Source: the human T2T-CHM13v2.0 reference genome, Homo sapiens
Direction: 5' to 3' (one strand)
DNA length: 64,000 nt
Assembly (NCBI RefSeq): GCF_009914755.1
Contig: NC_060926.1
The position numbers were made by a program, and so were the translations under genes. The stretch's first letter is position 1, and each line of letters starts with the position of its first letter. The notes beneath the pieces were generated by a model. It was not told the DNA's origin and searched no databases. It saw only the letters and a program-made list of their open reading frames with translations. Below, piece after piece: positions 43,327 to 56,915 of this stretch.

Positions 43327-45707
43327 GCTCTGTAGGACAGCGGCAGCTTCCTCTCACTGGGACTTTTAATTTGGGAAGCAGGACATGCATAGGAAGAGTG
43401 GACTCGCACTTTTCCCCTGTTCTGGGCACGCCTGGCCCAGCTCTGTAGGACAGCAGCAGCTTCCTCTCACTGGGACTTTTAATTTGGGAAGCAGGACATG
43501 CATAGGAAGAGTGGACTCGCACTTTTCCCCTGTTCTGGGCACGCCTGGCCCAGCTCTGTAGGACAGCGGCAGCTTCCTCTCACTGGGACTTTTAATTTGG
43601 GAAGCAGGACATGCATAGGAAGAGTGGACTGGCACTTTCCCCCTGTTCTGGGCACGCCTGGCCCAGCTCTGTAGGACAGCGGCAGCTTCCTCTCACTGGG
43701 ACTTTTAATTTGGGAAGCAGGACATGCATAGGAAGAGTGGACTGGCACTTTCCCCCTGTTCTGGGCACGCCTGGCCCAGCTCTGTAGGACAGCGGCAGCT
43801 TCCTCTCACTGGGACTTTTAATTTGGGAAGCAGGACATGCATAGGAAGAGTGGACTCGCACTTTTCCCCCTGTTCTGGGCACGCCTGGCCCAGCTCTGTA
43901 GGACAGCAGCAGCTTCCTCTCACTGGGACTTTTAATTTGGGAAGCAGGACATGCATAGGAAGAGTGGACTCGCACTTTTCCCCTGTTCTGGGCACGCCTG
44001 GCCCAGCTCTGTAGGACAGCGGCAGCTTCCTCTCACTGGGACTTTTAATTTGGGAAGCAGGACATGCATAGGAAGAGTGGACTCGCACTTTTCCCCCTGT
44101 TCTGGGCACGCCTGGCCCAGCTCTGTAGGACAGCGGCAGCTTCCTCTCACTGGGACTTTTAATTTGGGAAGCAGGACATGCATAGGAAGAGTGGACTGGC
44201 ACTTTTCCCCCTGTTCTGGGCACGCCTGGCCCAGCTCTGTAGGACAGCGGCAGCTTCCTCTCACTGGGACTTTTAATTTGGGAAGCAGGACATGCATAGG
44301 AAGAGTGGACTGGCACTTTTCCCCTGTTCTGGGCACGCCTGGCCCAGCTCTGTAGGACAGCAGCAGCTTCCTCTCACTGGGACTTTTAATTTGGGAAGCA
44401 GGACATGCATAGGAAGAGTGGACTCGCACTTTCCCCCTGTTCTGGGCACGCCTGGCCCAGCTCTGTAGGACAGCGGCAGCTTCCTCTCACTGGGACTTTT
44501 AATTTGGGAAGCAGGACATGCATAGGAAGAGTGGACTCGCACTTTCCCCCTGTTCTGGGCACGCCTGGCCCAGCTCTGTAGGACAGCGGCAGCTTCCTCT
44601 CACTGGGACTTTTAATTTGGGAAGCAGGACATGCATAGGAAGAGTGGACTCGCACTTTCCCCCTGTTCTGGGCGCGCCTGGCCCAGCTCTGTAGGACAGC
44701 GGCAGCTTCCTCTCACTGGGACTTTTAATTTGGGAAGCAGGACATGCATAGGAAGAGTGGACTGGCACTTTTCCCCTGTTCTGGGCACGCCTGGCCCAGC
44801 TCTGTAGGACAGCGGCAGCTTCCTCTCACTGGGACTTTTAATTTGGGAAGCAGGACATGCATAGGAAGAGTGGACTGGCACTTTTCCCCCTGTTCTGGGC
44901 ACGCCTGGCCCAGCTCTGTAGGACAGCGGCAGCTTCCTCTCACTGGGACTTTTAATTTGGGAAGCAGGACATGCATAGGAAGAGTGGACTCGCACTTTCC
45001 CCCTGTTCTGGGCGCGCCTGGCCCAGCTCTGTAGGACAGCGGCAGCTTCCTCTCACTGGGACTTTTAATTTGGGAAGCAGGACATGCATAGGAAGAGTGG
45101 ACTGGCACTTTTCCCCTGTTCTGGGCACGCCTGGCCCAGCTCTGTAGGACAGCGGCAGCTTCCTCTCACTGGGACTTTTAATTTGGGAAGCAGGACATGC
45201 ATAGGAAGAGTGGACTGGCACTTTTCCCCCTGTTCTGGGCACGCCTGGCCCAGCTCTGTAGGACAGCGGCAGCTTCCTCTCACTGGGACTTTTAATTTGG
45301 GAAGCAGGACATGCATAGGAAGAGTGGACTCGCACTTTCCCCCTGTTCTGGGCGCGCCTGGCCCAGCTCTGTAGGACAGCGGCAGCTTCCTCTCACTGGG
45401 ACTTTTAATTTGGGAAGCAGGACATGCATAGGAAGAGTGGACTGGCACTTTTCCCCTGTTCTGGGCACGCCTGGCCCAGCTCTGTAGGACAGCGGCAGCT
45501 TCCTCTCACTGGGACTTTTAATTTGGGAAGCAGGACATGCATAGGAAGAGTGGACTGGCACTTTTCCCCCTGTTCTGGGCACGCCTGGCCCAGCTCTGTA
45601 GGACAGCGGCAGCTTCCTCTCACTGGGACTTTTAATTTGGGAAGCAGGACATGCATAGGAAGAGTGGACTGGCACTTTTCCCCTGTTCTGGGCGCGCCTG
45701 GCCCAGC
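43327..45707. repeat. Minisatellite, 21 x 113-114 bp, highly homogeneous
   Basis: ctctgtagg anchor at 43328, 43441, 43554 ... 45594; accounts for all the repeated ORFs in this interval. Confidence 0.97.
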
Positions 45708-46040
45708 AGCCCTGCCGATAGGGCCACCCTCCGCCCTGCCTGGCACTGGAACTCCTGAGAGCCCCCCGCATCCAAGGATGTCTCTGGAGGCAGGAAGCCC
45801 CAGTCCTAGGGAGGGTAGAGGGCAGGCTCACCCTGACCACAGGGTGCACAGCTGATTGTGGTCTCAGTCCCCATCTCCAGCTCTGATGTCCGGACTTGCT
45901 CAAGCAGGAAGTCCTGTTTGTTCTGCACATCCCACCCAACCTCTCCAGTGCCGAATTCCAGGGGCAGCCAGGACATGAACTGGAGGGGCAAGCTCCCTCC
46001 AACGCGGGCTTCAGCATTCACAACTAGAGGAAGACGAAGA

Positions 46041-46574
46041 GGATGGCAACAGGAAATCGAATGCTGCCAAATACTTACAGGTTTATTCTGAGCCAACAGA
46101 GTGACTGCGACCTGGGGACACACAGTCTCCTGAGGTCCCAAGAAGGTGCACCTGAGGCAGTCGGGTTGCAGTTTGGTTTCATACATTTCAGGCTGACAGA
46201 ATCTCATGTGAACCGTAAGTCAGTGCATGGAGGGTGTGCACTGCTTCAGCCTGGAAAAGTGGGTATCTCCAAGCGGGGGCTTACAAGTCATAGGTGGGTT
46301 TTGGGGATTCTTTAGCTGGCAGTTGGTTGAAAGAGCTAAGCTTTGTCTAAAGACTTGAGGTCAGTGGGAAGGAACACTGAAGTTAAGATGAAGTCATCTG
46401 CATCCACCACGTCATGCTGTACCAGAGTCAGGGTGGAAAGTCAACCACATCATACAGATTAATTAAAAAAAAAATCTGTTCAAGGGGATTTAATGGTTTG
46501 TAGGGCACAACTCCCCAGGCCCTTTAGAAAGGAATTTGGGAAAGAGGAAAAAAAAGGTGAGAGCTCAGTACTCG
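46041..46574 (-). mobile_element. MER4 (B/D/E-type) LTR
   Basis: caggtttattctgagccaa ... actccccaggccctttagaaaggaatttgggaaagag...gagctcagtactc. Confidence 0.75.
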
Positions 46575-46595
46575 GAACAGGAAGGTGAAGCCCTT

Positions 46596-46696
46596 CTAGT
46601 CCCAGTGCTAACCCTACCCAGGTAGCACCATAACAGGCAGGGGCTCTGGTCCCAGCACTAACCCTACCCAGGCATCACCATAACAGGTAGGGGGCT
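46596..46696. repeat. Tandem duplication 2 x ~50 bp
   Basis: ct(a/g)gtcccag..ctaaccctacccagg...caccataacagg at 46596 and 46646. Confidence 0.9.
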
Positions 46697-47099
46697 TTGG
46701 GTCCTTGAGTAAGAAGATCAAAACTTGAGAGGGGTTAGAGCTCCAGCCAGGGATCCTGCAGGGCAGGGTCCAGTAGCCTCCTGACCAGCCTGTGGGTCTT
46801 CCTGGTGTTAAGGCTCAGCCCATGAAAACCAAGGAGCCCTCAGGCAAGTCAGACCCCAGCTGACCCTCACCAGCCCTGCCCAGAGACTAGGACCATCATC
46901 AAACCAGGGCAAAATTGGTTTTGAAAGCACTAGTTTACAACCACTGGTTCTTCTTAAAGACCACAACATCATCTCTCACTCCCTGTTCCTCTCTGTCACT
47001 CTGAAGTCCCTGTCTCTCTCCATGTCCTGTCAGGCCCCTGTCTGGCTCCCATCACTGTATGTGTGAACCCGTATTTCACTCCTTTCTCTCCTTGGCCAA

Positions 47100-47584
47100 G
47101 GCCATGTGAGTTCAGCATTAAGGGGTCTGAATGGCTGCATCTCGCCCAACCCTGGGAAGAGAAAACTAGCTCAGAGGAGTCAGCTATGTGAGGTTTGAAG
47201 AATTTATCAGTCCCAGGGAGACATGAATTTGGGGCTGCAGTCCTGCACTCCCACACATGCACCCTTGCCTGGGGCAGCTGTTTAAAGGCATTGTGCCCCT
47301 GCCCTGCTGCCTCACCCATCATCTTCATGTTCCTGGAATTTGTGATACAAAGAACAAAGCATAGCCAATCAATCAGTAGCTTATGGTATTTAATTTAGAT
47401 TTTGGGTAAACAACTCAGAAACTGCCTCTTTTTTTTTTTTAAGGTCCTTTTGTAACTGCAGCTTTTTGGAGTGTATATTCAGGGCAATTTAAATCTGTAT
47501 CCCCGGGTTGCAACTCTCAAGCTTGGCTCAAACAAAGTCTCCACATGTATTAATTTAGCCTCAGATTCTTCCTTTAGGTTGACA
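47100..47584 (+). mobile_element. ERV1 LTR (MER4-group, possibly MER49-like)
   Basis: CCAAT box agccaatc and 3' end cttcctttaggttgaca; left boundary approximate. Confidence 0.6.
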
Positions 47585-47672
47585 TTCCTATGGCAACAGC
47601 CACTGGACCCTGCCTGGAGCACAGCATGCCCTTTATATGTTTTATTCTAAATGCAAGTGTGCACGGATAATT

Positions 47673-48266
47673 TGTAAACCAAAAATAAAATTCTAAAGCC
47701 CCCCAGCCATCTGAATGGACTTCCTCCTCAGCCAGGGATTTCTTAAAATTTAACCTGAAAGACTGGTTCAGGCCATGATAGGAAATAAGTGTTGGGTGTG
47801 CCTCATGATGCCTCTCTGGCATTAACATCAACATATTCTTTAAGTCTGAAAACAAACATTTTACAACCTATTCTCTAAAGCCTACTACCTTAAGGCTTCC
47901 TCTGCAAATAAGAACTGTGGTCTCCACAATCCTTTATCTTAACCCAGACATTCCTTTCTATTGATCCCAGGTCTTTATATACACTCAACCAATTGTCAAC
48001 AAGAAAATTTTTCAGTCTACTTCTAATCTGGAAGTCCTTGCTTGTAGTTGTCCCACCTTTCTGAACCAAACCAATGTATTTCTTAAATGTATTTGATTGA
48101 AGTCTGCTGTCTTCCTAAAGTGTATAAAATCAAGCTGTGCCCTAACCACCTTGGGAACATGTTTCTAGGACCTCCCGAGGGCGGTGTCACAGGCCATGGC
48201 CATTCATATTTGACTGAGAATAAATTTCTTCAAATATTTTACAGAGTTTGACTCTTTTCATTAACA
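47673..48266 (+). mobile_element. MER4A/MER4A1 solo LTR
   Basis: tgtaaaccaaaaataaaattctaaag ... ttttacagagtttgactcttttcattaaca; 4-bp TSD aatt/aatt; AATAAA 48219-48224. Confidence 0.9.
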
Positions 48267-48369
48267 AATTGTTGTACAGTTGAACAGAAATCAGCTTAAA
48301 CTAATACTTGTGCTTCTAGCTTTCTTACCTGGTGTATTTCTAATGAATTATTTTCTTTAAAAATAATCT

Positions 48370-49149
48370 TGTTATAGCCCAGTGGGTTATTCTTGACTGA
48401 TGCACAAAACAGCCAATACAATGAGACAGCATGTGTTACAGCAGAGAAAGAGTTTAATTATTGCAAGGCAACTGAGCAGGAGGAGACAGGAGGTACTTTT
48501 CAAATCTTCCTTATGAAGAATTCAGAGGCTAGGATTTTAAAGGATAGTCTTCCGGCAAGGGGTTAGACAATGGGAACTGCTGATTGGCTGGGTTGGGGAT
48601 GAAACCACAGGGGTGATAGGGATGTCCAAACTGTCTTTGTGCTCTGAATCGTTTCCTGGTTGGGGGGGTCACTGGTCCAAGTGGCATCAGTTGTTCTACT
48701 AAAATATAAGGTCTGAAAAACTATCTCAAACACCAGTCTTAGTCTTTACAATAGTGATGTTATCTATGGAGGCAATTAGGGAAGTTACAAGTCTTATGAG
48801 CACCAGCTACATGACTCCTGAGCAGTAAGCAAGTTAAGAAACAATGACTAGTTATGATTTACCTATGCAGAGCTCTTAGCAGAATTCAGGTTCCTACCAC
48901 AATGCTAACCTTGTGGCCCTTCATTAATTATACAAAGGCAGTTTTGGTCCTTGAACAAGAACAGGGGTAGCTTTGGGAAGGGACTGTTATCATCCTTGCT
49001 TTAAGGTTAAACTAGAAGCTAAATTCCTGTGTTCTGAGCTGGGCCTGTGCCCAGGCATGAACAAGGCCATCAGCTTGTGAGGTTAGAAGCAAGGTGGGGT
49101 CACTTATGCTACTTTTCTCACCTTCATAAGTTTCACAAAGGCAGTTTCA
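48370..49149 (-). mobile_element. LTR8-family solo LTR
   Basis: Reverse strand begins tgaaactgcctttgtgaaactt...cttgcttctaacctcacaagctg; TSD atct/gtct. Confidence 0.8.
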
Positions 49150-49159
49150 GTCTCTCTTG

Positions 49160-49390
49160 TATGTTAAGTGCCATCCAGATGCCAGGGACTGTGCTGGGTA
49201 CTGTTTATGCATGATTGCATTAATCACCACCAAGCCCCAGGACACAAACAGTGTAATTACCTTCAGTTTGTTCATCGTGAACCTGGGGATGAGTGTAAGT
49301 ATCTTGCTTAGGGTAAAAGAATTATTAAACATAGAATCAAAGTTAAGCTTAAGTCATCTAAGACTCACAGCCCGCCCAGGCTCAGGTCTT
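49160..49390 (-). mobile_element. MIR fragment
   Basis: atgccagggactgtgctgggtactgtttatgcatgattgcattaatc. Confidence 0.55.
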
Positions 49391-51771
49391 GTCAACATTT
49401 GGAAATGATTATTTCTAAAATAATGAATTATAAGCTTTTTGGAGGGGATAACAACTTATAATGTCTGTTTAAAATTTTAATGTTTTTAAATTAAAATTTT
49501 ATAAACAACAACAAAAGAAGTATGCCCATTTAGGAAATCGGATGGCCTCAGTCTCCTGGCCTTGCTATCACCCCCCCAGTGCCTTCTACATTTCAGACAT
49601 TGCATCCCCCTCCCTGCGATGCCTATTAGGATAATTATGGTTTTTTAATGTGTGGTGATTCCTCAGAAAATGGTCAGGGGAACTGACTCTGCAGAGGGAG
49701 AAGGTGGTTCTTCCTGGAAAGCGGAACTTGGATGTAACCACATTAGTTCCTGCTGGGCTTTGGTCGAATTAATTTCAAGCCTTTGAAAGAGGAGGGAAAG
49801 TGTCACTGTGTGAATGGAGGTCTGGAAGGAGGTTGCCCTGCAACACAGCTTGCCCCGATACACGTGCAAATGTGTTCTCTGCCTCTTAGAAAAGCTACCA
49901 GATTGCCCATTTATTTATGATTATCCATTGTACTAATCTGTATGGTGCTTCTTGCAGGAGTTTGGCAATTTATAAATCACAGATTTTTCCAGCAAGGACA
50001 GCCGGATGCTGTTTCTGCACATGTGCTTTGAAATATAAGCACACTGTCATTTGCTGGCATTGATGACTTGAGTGAAGGCTGAGGTTTTGGCTCAGAGAAA
50101 CATGATGAATGTTGACGATGGAAAGGGAACAGTGATTGTAAGAAGTCTATTTTATTAAATGAGAAAATAGAAGTGTAAATGCCAACATGCTTCCAAAAAA
50201 AGATATATGAAGTTTTTTCAGCTGTCATTATTGGAAAAGAAAAAGAAAAGAAAGAAAAGCCCAACAGGCTATAATGACTAGCCTTACGAAAGCAAATGAT
50301 ATTTTGAGTGAATAGGGACATGATTGACTTGAATTGATGCCTGATTTTCATGTTTTTGTTAATTATTTGTAAGACAAAATTATCAGAAAATGTCTTCCCA
50401 ATTCCTTAATATGTTTATTCCTACTTTTACTCTCAATATCAAGTTTGGAATGGGTAAAATTCTACACCATCTCCCCACGAAATTGACCTTGTTCGGCCGA
50501 TAAGTGTAGGAGTTATTTATCTTTGTCAGAACTTGGAAATTTCCAAATAAAATATTTATACAAGCAGAAGAAAGCAGGCCCACAGTTCTCTTAATTTCCT
50601 TGTTTTCCCTCTCTTAGTGTATGTCTACCTGACTCTGGAGCTACGGTAAAGTGCAAGCACTGTGCTTTGTGAAAGCAGCTTTCCAAAGAGCAGGGATTCA
50701 TCTTTAAAATATGTCTCTGGAGGCACAGGAAGAGGCAAGACTGATAGATTCAGAGTTGTTTGCACAAGTCAGATGTTTTTTAACCTTCTGGCAAGATAAT
50801 AATGCTGAGGGTATAAATAACATTTATGAAGATATAATTCCATTATTTGCTGAAGGGGAAACGGTGGTTTAAAAACCTGAGTCAAAGGAACACCAAGGAA
50901 AGTATCCCAGGAGGTAAATCACGGAGTAACCTGTTCACGATTACAGAGAACACTGCCAAGGAAGGTAGATCTTTGAATCTAACCCGACGAATCTGAACAG
51001 GTAGAAGAAAGAGGGCACTTGACCCAACAACTTCCAAATAAGATTGGAGGCACACGGGATGTGAACGGAGTCCTCTGTTCTCATCTACCCACTCGGCCGC
51101 ATCCAGCCGGGCTCAACAGCCTGGGTTTGTTTCTCTGTCACCAGTTGTTTCTGCCATTCTGGGGGAAAAGCACCTGCTCATTTACACTGTTTACCATTGA
51201 AGCCTTCATCCCACTGCTCTGAAGTGTCTCTGACCTGGTTGTTCCAGGAACGCCAACCCCCATGGTGGAGAATGCTCACCCCACCCTCTCTGCCAGCCCA
51301 CGAGGCGCTTTCCTCCTCATTGACCTGCCCTCTGGCATGCCCTCACCCTCCCTGGACTCTTGCAGCCCCTCCTGAGGGAAAGTCCTGTACTCAGTCTTTC
51401 CCTCATGTCTCATGATGGACAGCTGTCCTCACCCCATGGACATGGTTCGGTGTCTTCCAGCTGACCTGGAGGTCCCTGGCCCTGCAGAGTGGTACCAGCA
51501 GAGTCCCCTCTCTGACAGTCCCTGCACAGCCCCACAGGGTGACCATCGCTTTCTAACTCACTACACTCGTGCCTTGGTTCCTGCCTTTTTCTGGAACCTC
51601 TTCCACCCACACCATGCCCAACTGTAAAAATCATTTACTCCTCCAAGGTGCAATGAAAATGACGAGTTGCAACCAAAGCCATCTTCTGCTCAATCCTCCT
51701 GGCACCTTTAGCTTCCTGACTGTGTTTGGGGTACCGGCCTCTCCTCTCCTCCCCTCTGCTCCTTTCAAATG

Positions 51772-51881
51772 GGATGCCAGCCCCTCTGCCTCCTGAGCTC
51801 CTTTGGACTAGGATGCAGGCCCCTCTGCCCCCTGAGCTCCTTTGGACTGGGATGCAGGCCCCTCTGCCCATTGAGCTCCTG
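51772..51881. repeat. Short tandem array ~3 x 39 bp
   Basis: ggatgcaggcccctctgcc..tgagctcctttggact at 51772, 51811, 51850. Confidence 0.9.
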
Positions 51882-51899
51882 GGCACAGTGAGGCTGGGC

Positions 51900-52056
51900 C
51901 TGTGCAGGCCTCCTCCTAGCAGCTGGGCCCCGTGTCAGGTTTGAGCACACAGTTCAGCAACCCTGCGAGTGTAAACTCAGTAGGTCAGGGTGGAGCCTGA
52001 GATTCTGCCTGTCCAACAGCCTCCCAGGAAATGCTGTCTCTGCAGGACCACTCCCC
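51900..52056. mobile_element. MER5A-like hAT fossil
   Basis: actcagtaggtcagggtggagcctgagattctgcctgtccaacagcctcccagg. Confidence 0.65.
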
Positions 52057-53689
52057 ATAAAGCTTATGAGTTTATTCTTGGGCATTTTGTAATATGGCGA
52101 CCTCATAGTTTCAAGGTTCTGAAATCTTCAGTGAGTGAAACAGCTGGTCCCACTGGGCTAAGGATCAGATTCTACTTCAAGTGCCAGTCTTGCAACACAT
52201 TGGCCTTGTCACCTTGCACAGGTTATTTAAATCTCTGTTTTCTCATTTGAAAAATGAGGACTGTATCACCTACATTTTATTTTATTTTACCTTAGCTTTG
52301 AGGCTAAGGATGCCTTATTAATTTGACAAAGATGGTTTGGTGAAAATAGCAATGTCTGCTGGGTATTGATGTTGTACCGGAAACCTTACCATTCTCATCA
52401 GCCACCTCATTCAGTCACCACAGCAGTTCAGGGGGCTCAGTGGGGTCCTGCCTCACAAAGACATCACCTCCCGGCTGCACAGTTGCCCAGCGTGTTCCTG
52501 TGCTGTGTCTGGCTCACCCCCACCCAGAAATCCACATGGTGCATTTTCGGAAAACTTTCCAGCCATTATGCAAAACCACTGGGAGCTTGAAACTGGCTGT
52601 GGCGGGAGCACATATACCTCAGCAGTGAGCAAAGGCTGCACATCAGGCCCCCTCCATCCCCAGGACAGCCAGGTCACCTGTACACCACCTCCCGCCCACA
52701 GAAACAGTGGGCGGAAGGAGCACGACCTGAGCTCCAGGGTGTGTTCATATGTGAGGGCTACAGCCTCATCGTATAAACATAAGGAAGTGCCTGGGGCCCT
52801 GGCTTGGACTCTCTGCAGCACCGCAAGTGTGGAATTGAGTTCCGGGGTGTGGCTGTTCCTCGTGATTGTTGCATTTCATCCTATACTTCTTGGGCTTATT
52901 CTAAGACAAACTACAAAGCATCCTCGCTTATTCCAGGTATTCATTCATGCATTGAACAACCATCTCTTTCAAGTCTTGCTTTGAGGGCCAAGTCCCCACA
53001 GCCACCTCCTTGAATTCACGGGGCCGTCAGTGACAGAGGAGTGGCCTGCGGTGAAAGGCAGCCTGAGTTCAGATTGCTGTGGCCCAGTGGAAACGGTTCT
53101 CTTCAATGCTGATTGACTTCACCTTTGCCCCCTTTCCCATAGGGCCATTAGGTAATGATTGGGAAAACTAAGAACCCAGGATGGCTGCTCATCGGAGGGG
53201 CCAGTCATCTCACAGACACTTTGTGACAAATGTCCAGCAGTTTGTGCACTGAGACGGAAAAATGGACCGTGCCGTAAGGAGGTGTGATTTCCACTGGAGG
53301 AGATTGATTGAGGACATTTGGTAATATTAGCATTTATGTGTTGATTGAAAGTGTCACTCTGGTGATAGATGGGGCATGCCTGCGCGTAAAGAGTGGGAAA
53401 GAAAAAACGTTTTCTCCGGTGATGGGTGACCTCACCGTTCACATTTTGACAAGCACAGGATAGAGCCTCATGGCGTCCTAAAAGTTTTACCTAATTAGGG
53501 AAAAATTCAGGGTGTTAAAGCACTCAGCTGTTGAAAACTGTGCCAAGATGTGGGTCATATTTAAAATCATTGTTTCAGCCACCGTTAAATATTAAAAAAC
53601 TTTATAAAAATCTAAGGCATTAGGACAGATATATTGCAGAGGAAAATGACAGGGCTGTAGGAGTTAGGTGTGGGGGAAGTGGAAGAACG

Positions 53690-54100
53690 CCGGGCTGGAG
53701 CTCAGGGACTGGCTGTTCCGAGGCAGAGCGGCTGCCTGAGTTCCCTGAGCCTCCGCTTTCTCATCTGTAAAGTGGGTACGTTTCCACCTGAAGGGTGTCG
53801 CACATTGCGAATGCGATCGGCTGGAGTGACGTGTGAGAAGAGAATACTTTGGGACTTTACAGCAGGTTAAAATCTTATTTTTTCAGGGTTGGTAAATACC
53901 TCTGGGTAGACGTTTCACAGGCAACGGGGTCTAAGAGCCGGGCGGAAGATCTCCCTGTGTCACACAAGGTCGGTTTGACTTCAGGCTTCTGTGGCCTCGA
54001 TTTCTTCATGTGTGAAACAGGGAATGTATCGTCAGCTTGAAGTGTTGTTACAAGACTAAGTAAAATAACATGAGCAGGGCCCTGGCCAAGCCCTACAACA
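53690..54100 (+). mobile_element. Two GC-shifted MIR fragments
   Basis: gagcctccgctttctcatctgtaaagtggg and gcctcgatttcttcatgtgtgaaacaggg cores. Confidence 0.6.
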
Positions 54101-56915
54101 CATTTCACACCGTGGTTCTTATTCATCTCTCAACGTTAGTGCCATTTATACCTTCCACTGTGTGACCTGGGAAATCACGTAATCTTTCTGGTTTTCGTAT
54201 TTGTTTATGTGTGGTAACAAGCACATGACATGAGATTTACTCTCTTAAGTATTTAGGCGAAGAGTTCAGCCGTGTTAACGACATCCACGTTGCTGTGCAG
54301 CTGATCCCTGCGCCCCTTTATCTCACATGACCGAAACTGCACCCGTGGAACGGCAACTCCCGTGTCCCCAGCTCCTGCCCCTGGCAGCCCCATGCTACTC
54401 CCCCTTCTGAGAGATTGACCCTGTTAGATTCCATATATAAGTGAGATAATGCAGTGTTTGTTCTGCTGTGACTGGCTTATGTCACTTATCACCGTGTCTT
54501 CCAGCTTCATCCATGTTGCTGTCAACAATAACAGTGTATCCTTTTTTAAGGCTGAATAACGTACCTGCATACACCATACTTCTTTATCCATTCTTGCTGT
54601 TGACTGATGTTTAGGCTGTTTCCCTATCCTTGCTATTGTGCGTAGTGCTGTAATGAACAGGGGAGTGCAGGTCTCTCTTGGAGATACTGATTCCATTTTC
54701 CTCGGATGCATTCCTAGAGAAGGGATTGCTAAGTCATCTCGTGGTTGTCTTTTAATTTTTTTGAGAAACCCCCATACTATTCATAGTAGCTGCACCAATT
54801 TACCTTTCCACCCACAATGTGCAAGGGTTGCAGCTTCTCCACACCGTTGTCAACACGGTATCTTCTATGTGGATGTGTGTTTTTACAGCAGTTATCCTGA
54901 TGGATGTGAGGTAGTGTCTCAGTGTGGTTTTGATTTGCATTTCCCTAATGCTTGGTGAAGTGAATGCCTTTTCATGTTTGCTGGCCACTTGAATGTCATC
55001 TTTAGAGAAATGTCTATTCAAGTCCCTTGCGTATTTTGAAAATCAGGTTTTTTGTTTTTTACTATTGAGTTGTAGGAGTTATTTATACATTTTGGACATT
55101 AACCCCTGATTAGATATGGTTTGTAGGTATTTTCTCCTGTACCATAGGTTGCATTTTCACTCTTCTGATTGTTTCTTCTGTTGTGCAGAAGCTTTTCAGT
55201 TGACGTGGTCCCAAATGTCTACTTTTGCTTTTGTTGCCTGTGGTTATGGTGTCATATCCGTGAAAATCAGTGCCAAGATCAATGTGATGAATCTTTTCCA
55301 CTGTTTTCTTCTAGAAATTTTATAGTTTCAGGTCTTATGTTTAAGTCGTTAATCTATTTTGAGTTGATTTTTCTGTATGGTGTAAGATAAAGGTCCAATT
55401 TTATTCATTTGCTTCTGAATATCCAGTTTTCACAGCACTATTTATTGAGAGACTGACCTTTCCCCACTGTATAGCGTTAGCCCTTTGTGGAAGATCACCT
55501 GACAATGTAGGTATAAGTATATTTCTGGGCTCTCTATTCTGTTCCATTGGTTTATATGTGTCTTTAGTACCATACCATTGATTACCGTGGCTTTGTAATA
55601 TGTTTTAGAGTAAGGAAGTGAGATGCCTCCAACTTTGTTCTTTCTCAACATTGCCCTAGCTATTCAGGATTTTTTGTGGTTTCATATAAATTTTAGGATT
55701 TTTTCTATGTTTGTAAAAATGCCATTGAGATTTTGATGGATGTTGCATTGAATCTATAGATCACTTTGGATGGTATACACATTTTAACAATATTAAGACT
55801 TACAATTCATTAACGTGGTTTTTTTTATTTACTTGTGTCTTTAATTTCTTGCAATAGTGCATTATAGTTTTCAGTGTACAAGTCTTTTTGCCTCCTTGGT
55901 TAAGTTTATTCTTAAGTATTTTACTTGTTTTGATGCTATTGTAAGTGGGTTTTTTTTTTACTTAATGTCTATTTTGGATCGTCTGTTGTTAGTGCGTAGA
56001 AATGCAACTTTTTTGTGTGTATCAATTTTGTCTTCTGAAATTTTGCTGAATTTTTGTTTATTAGTTCTAATTTTTTAGTGGAATCTTTAGGGTTATCTAC
56101 ATATAAGATTATGTTTCTACAGAGATAGTTTTATGTCTTCATTTTCCAATTTGAATGTCCTTTATTTCTTTTCTTGACCAATTCCTCTGGCTAGGATGTC
56201 TAGCACTGTGTTGAACAGAAGGGGCAAAAGTGGGCATAATCTTAGAGAAAAAGATTTCAGCCTCTCACCATAGAGTATGATGTTAGTCATGGACTTTTGA
56301 CATAGTGCCTTTGTTACGTTCGGGTAATTTTCTTCTATTCCTACTTTTTATTATTTTTATAATGAAAGACTGTTGAGTTTTGTTGAATGCTTTTCATGAG
56401 TCTTAAAATCATGTGATTTGTACCCCTATGTCCCAGGGATAAATTCCACATATTTGTAGAATATGATCCTTTTCATGTGCTATTGAATTCAGTTGACTAG
56501 TAGTGCCTTTGATTGCTTTATTATAAGGGCAACTGTGGCCTTACATAATGAGTTTGGAAGTGTTCTGTCCTCTTCAGTTTTTGAAAGAATTTGACAAAGA
56601 TTGATGTTAATTTTTCTTTAATGTTTCGTAGAATTCCCCAGTGGAGCCATCTCTTCCTCATTTTTCTTTTGTTGGAATGTTTTTGATTACTGATTCACTC
56701 TCCTTCCTAGTTAGTGGTATGCTTAGATTGTCGGTTTCTTCATGATTGACTGGTAGGTTGTATGTTTCTAGGAATTTATCCAATTTTTTTCTAGGTGGTC
56801 TAATTTGTTGGTATATAATTGTTCACAGTAGTCTCATAATTGTTTTTTTCTTCTGTGGCATCATTTATGTCTTCTCTCATTTCTGACTTTGAGTTTTCTC
56901 TATTTTTTTCTTAGT

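Noticed and set aside
43327-45707. REST (RE1) and ZNF143/ACTACA-like motifs in each 113-bp unit
   Set aside because: Only the GGACAGCG half-site matches RE1, with a poor left half and wrong spacer; aattaaaagtcccag on the minus strand has two mismatches in the ACTACA core.
43307-46017. Series of overlapping 70-240 aa ORFs
   Set aside because: Frame-shifting translations of the 113/114-bp VNTR.
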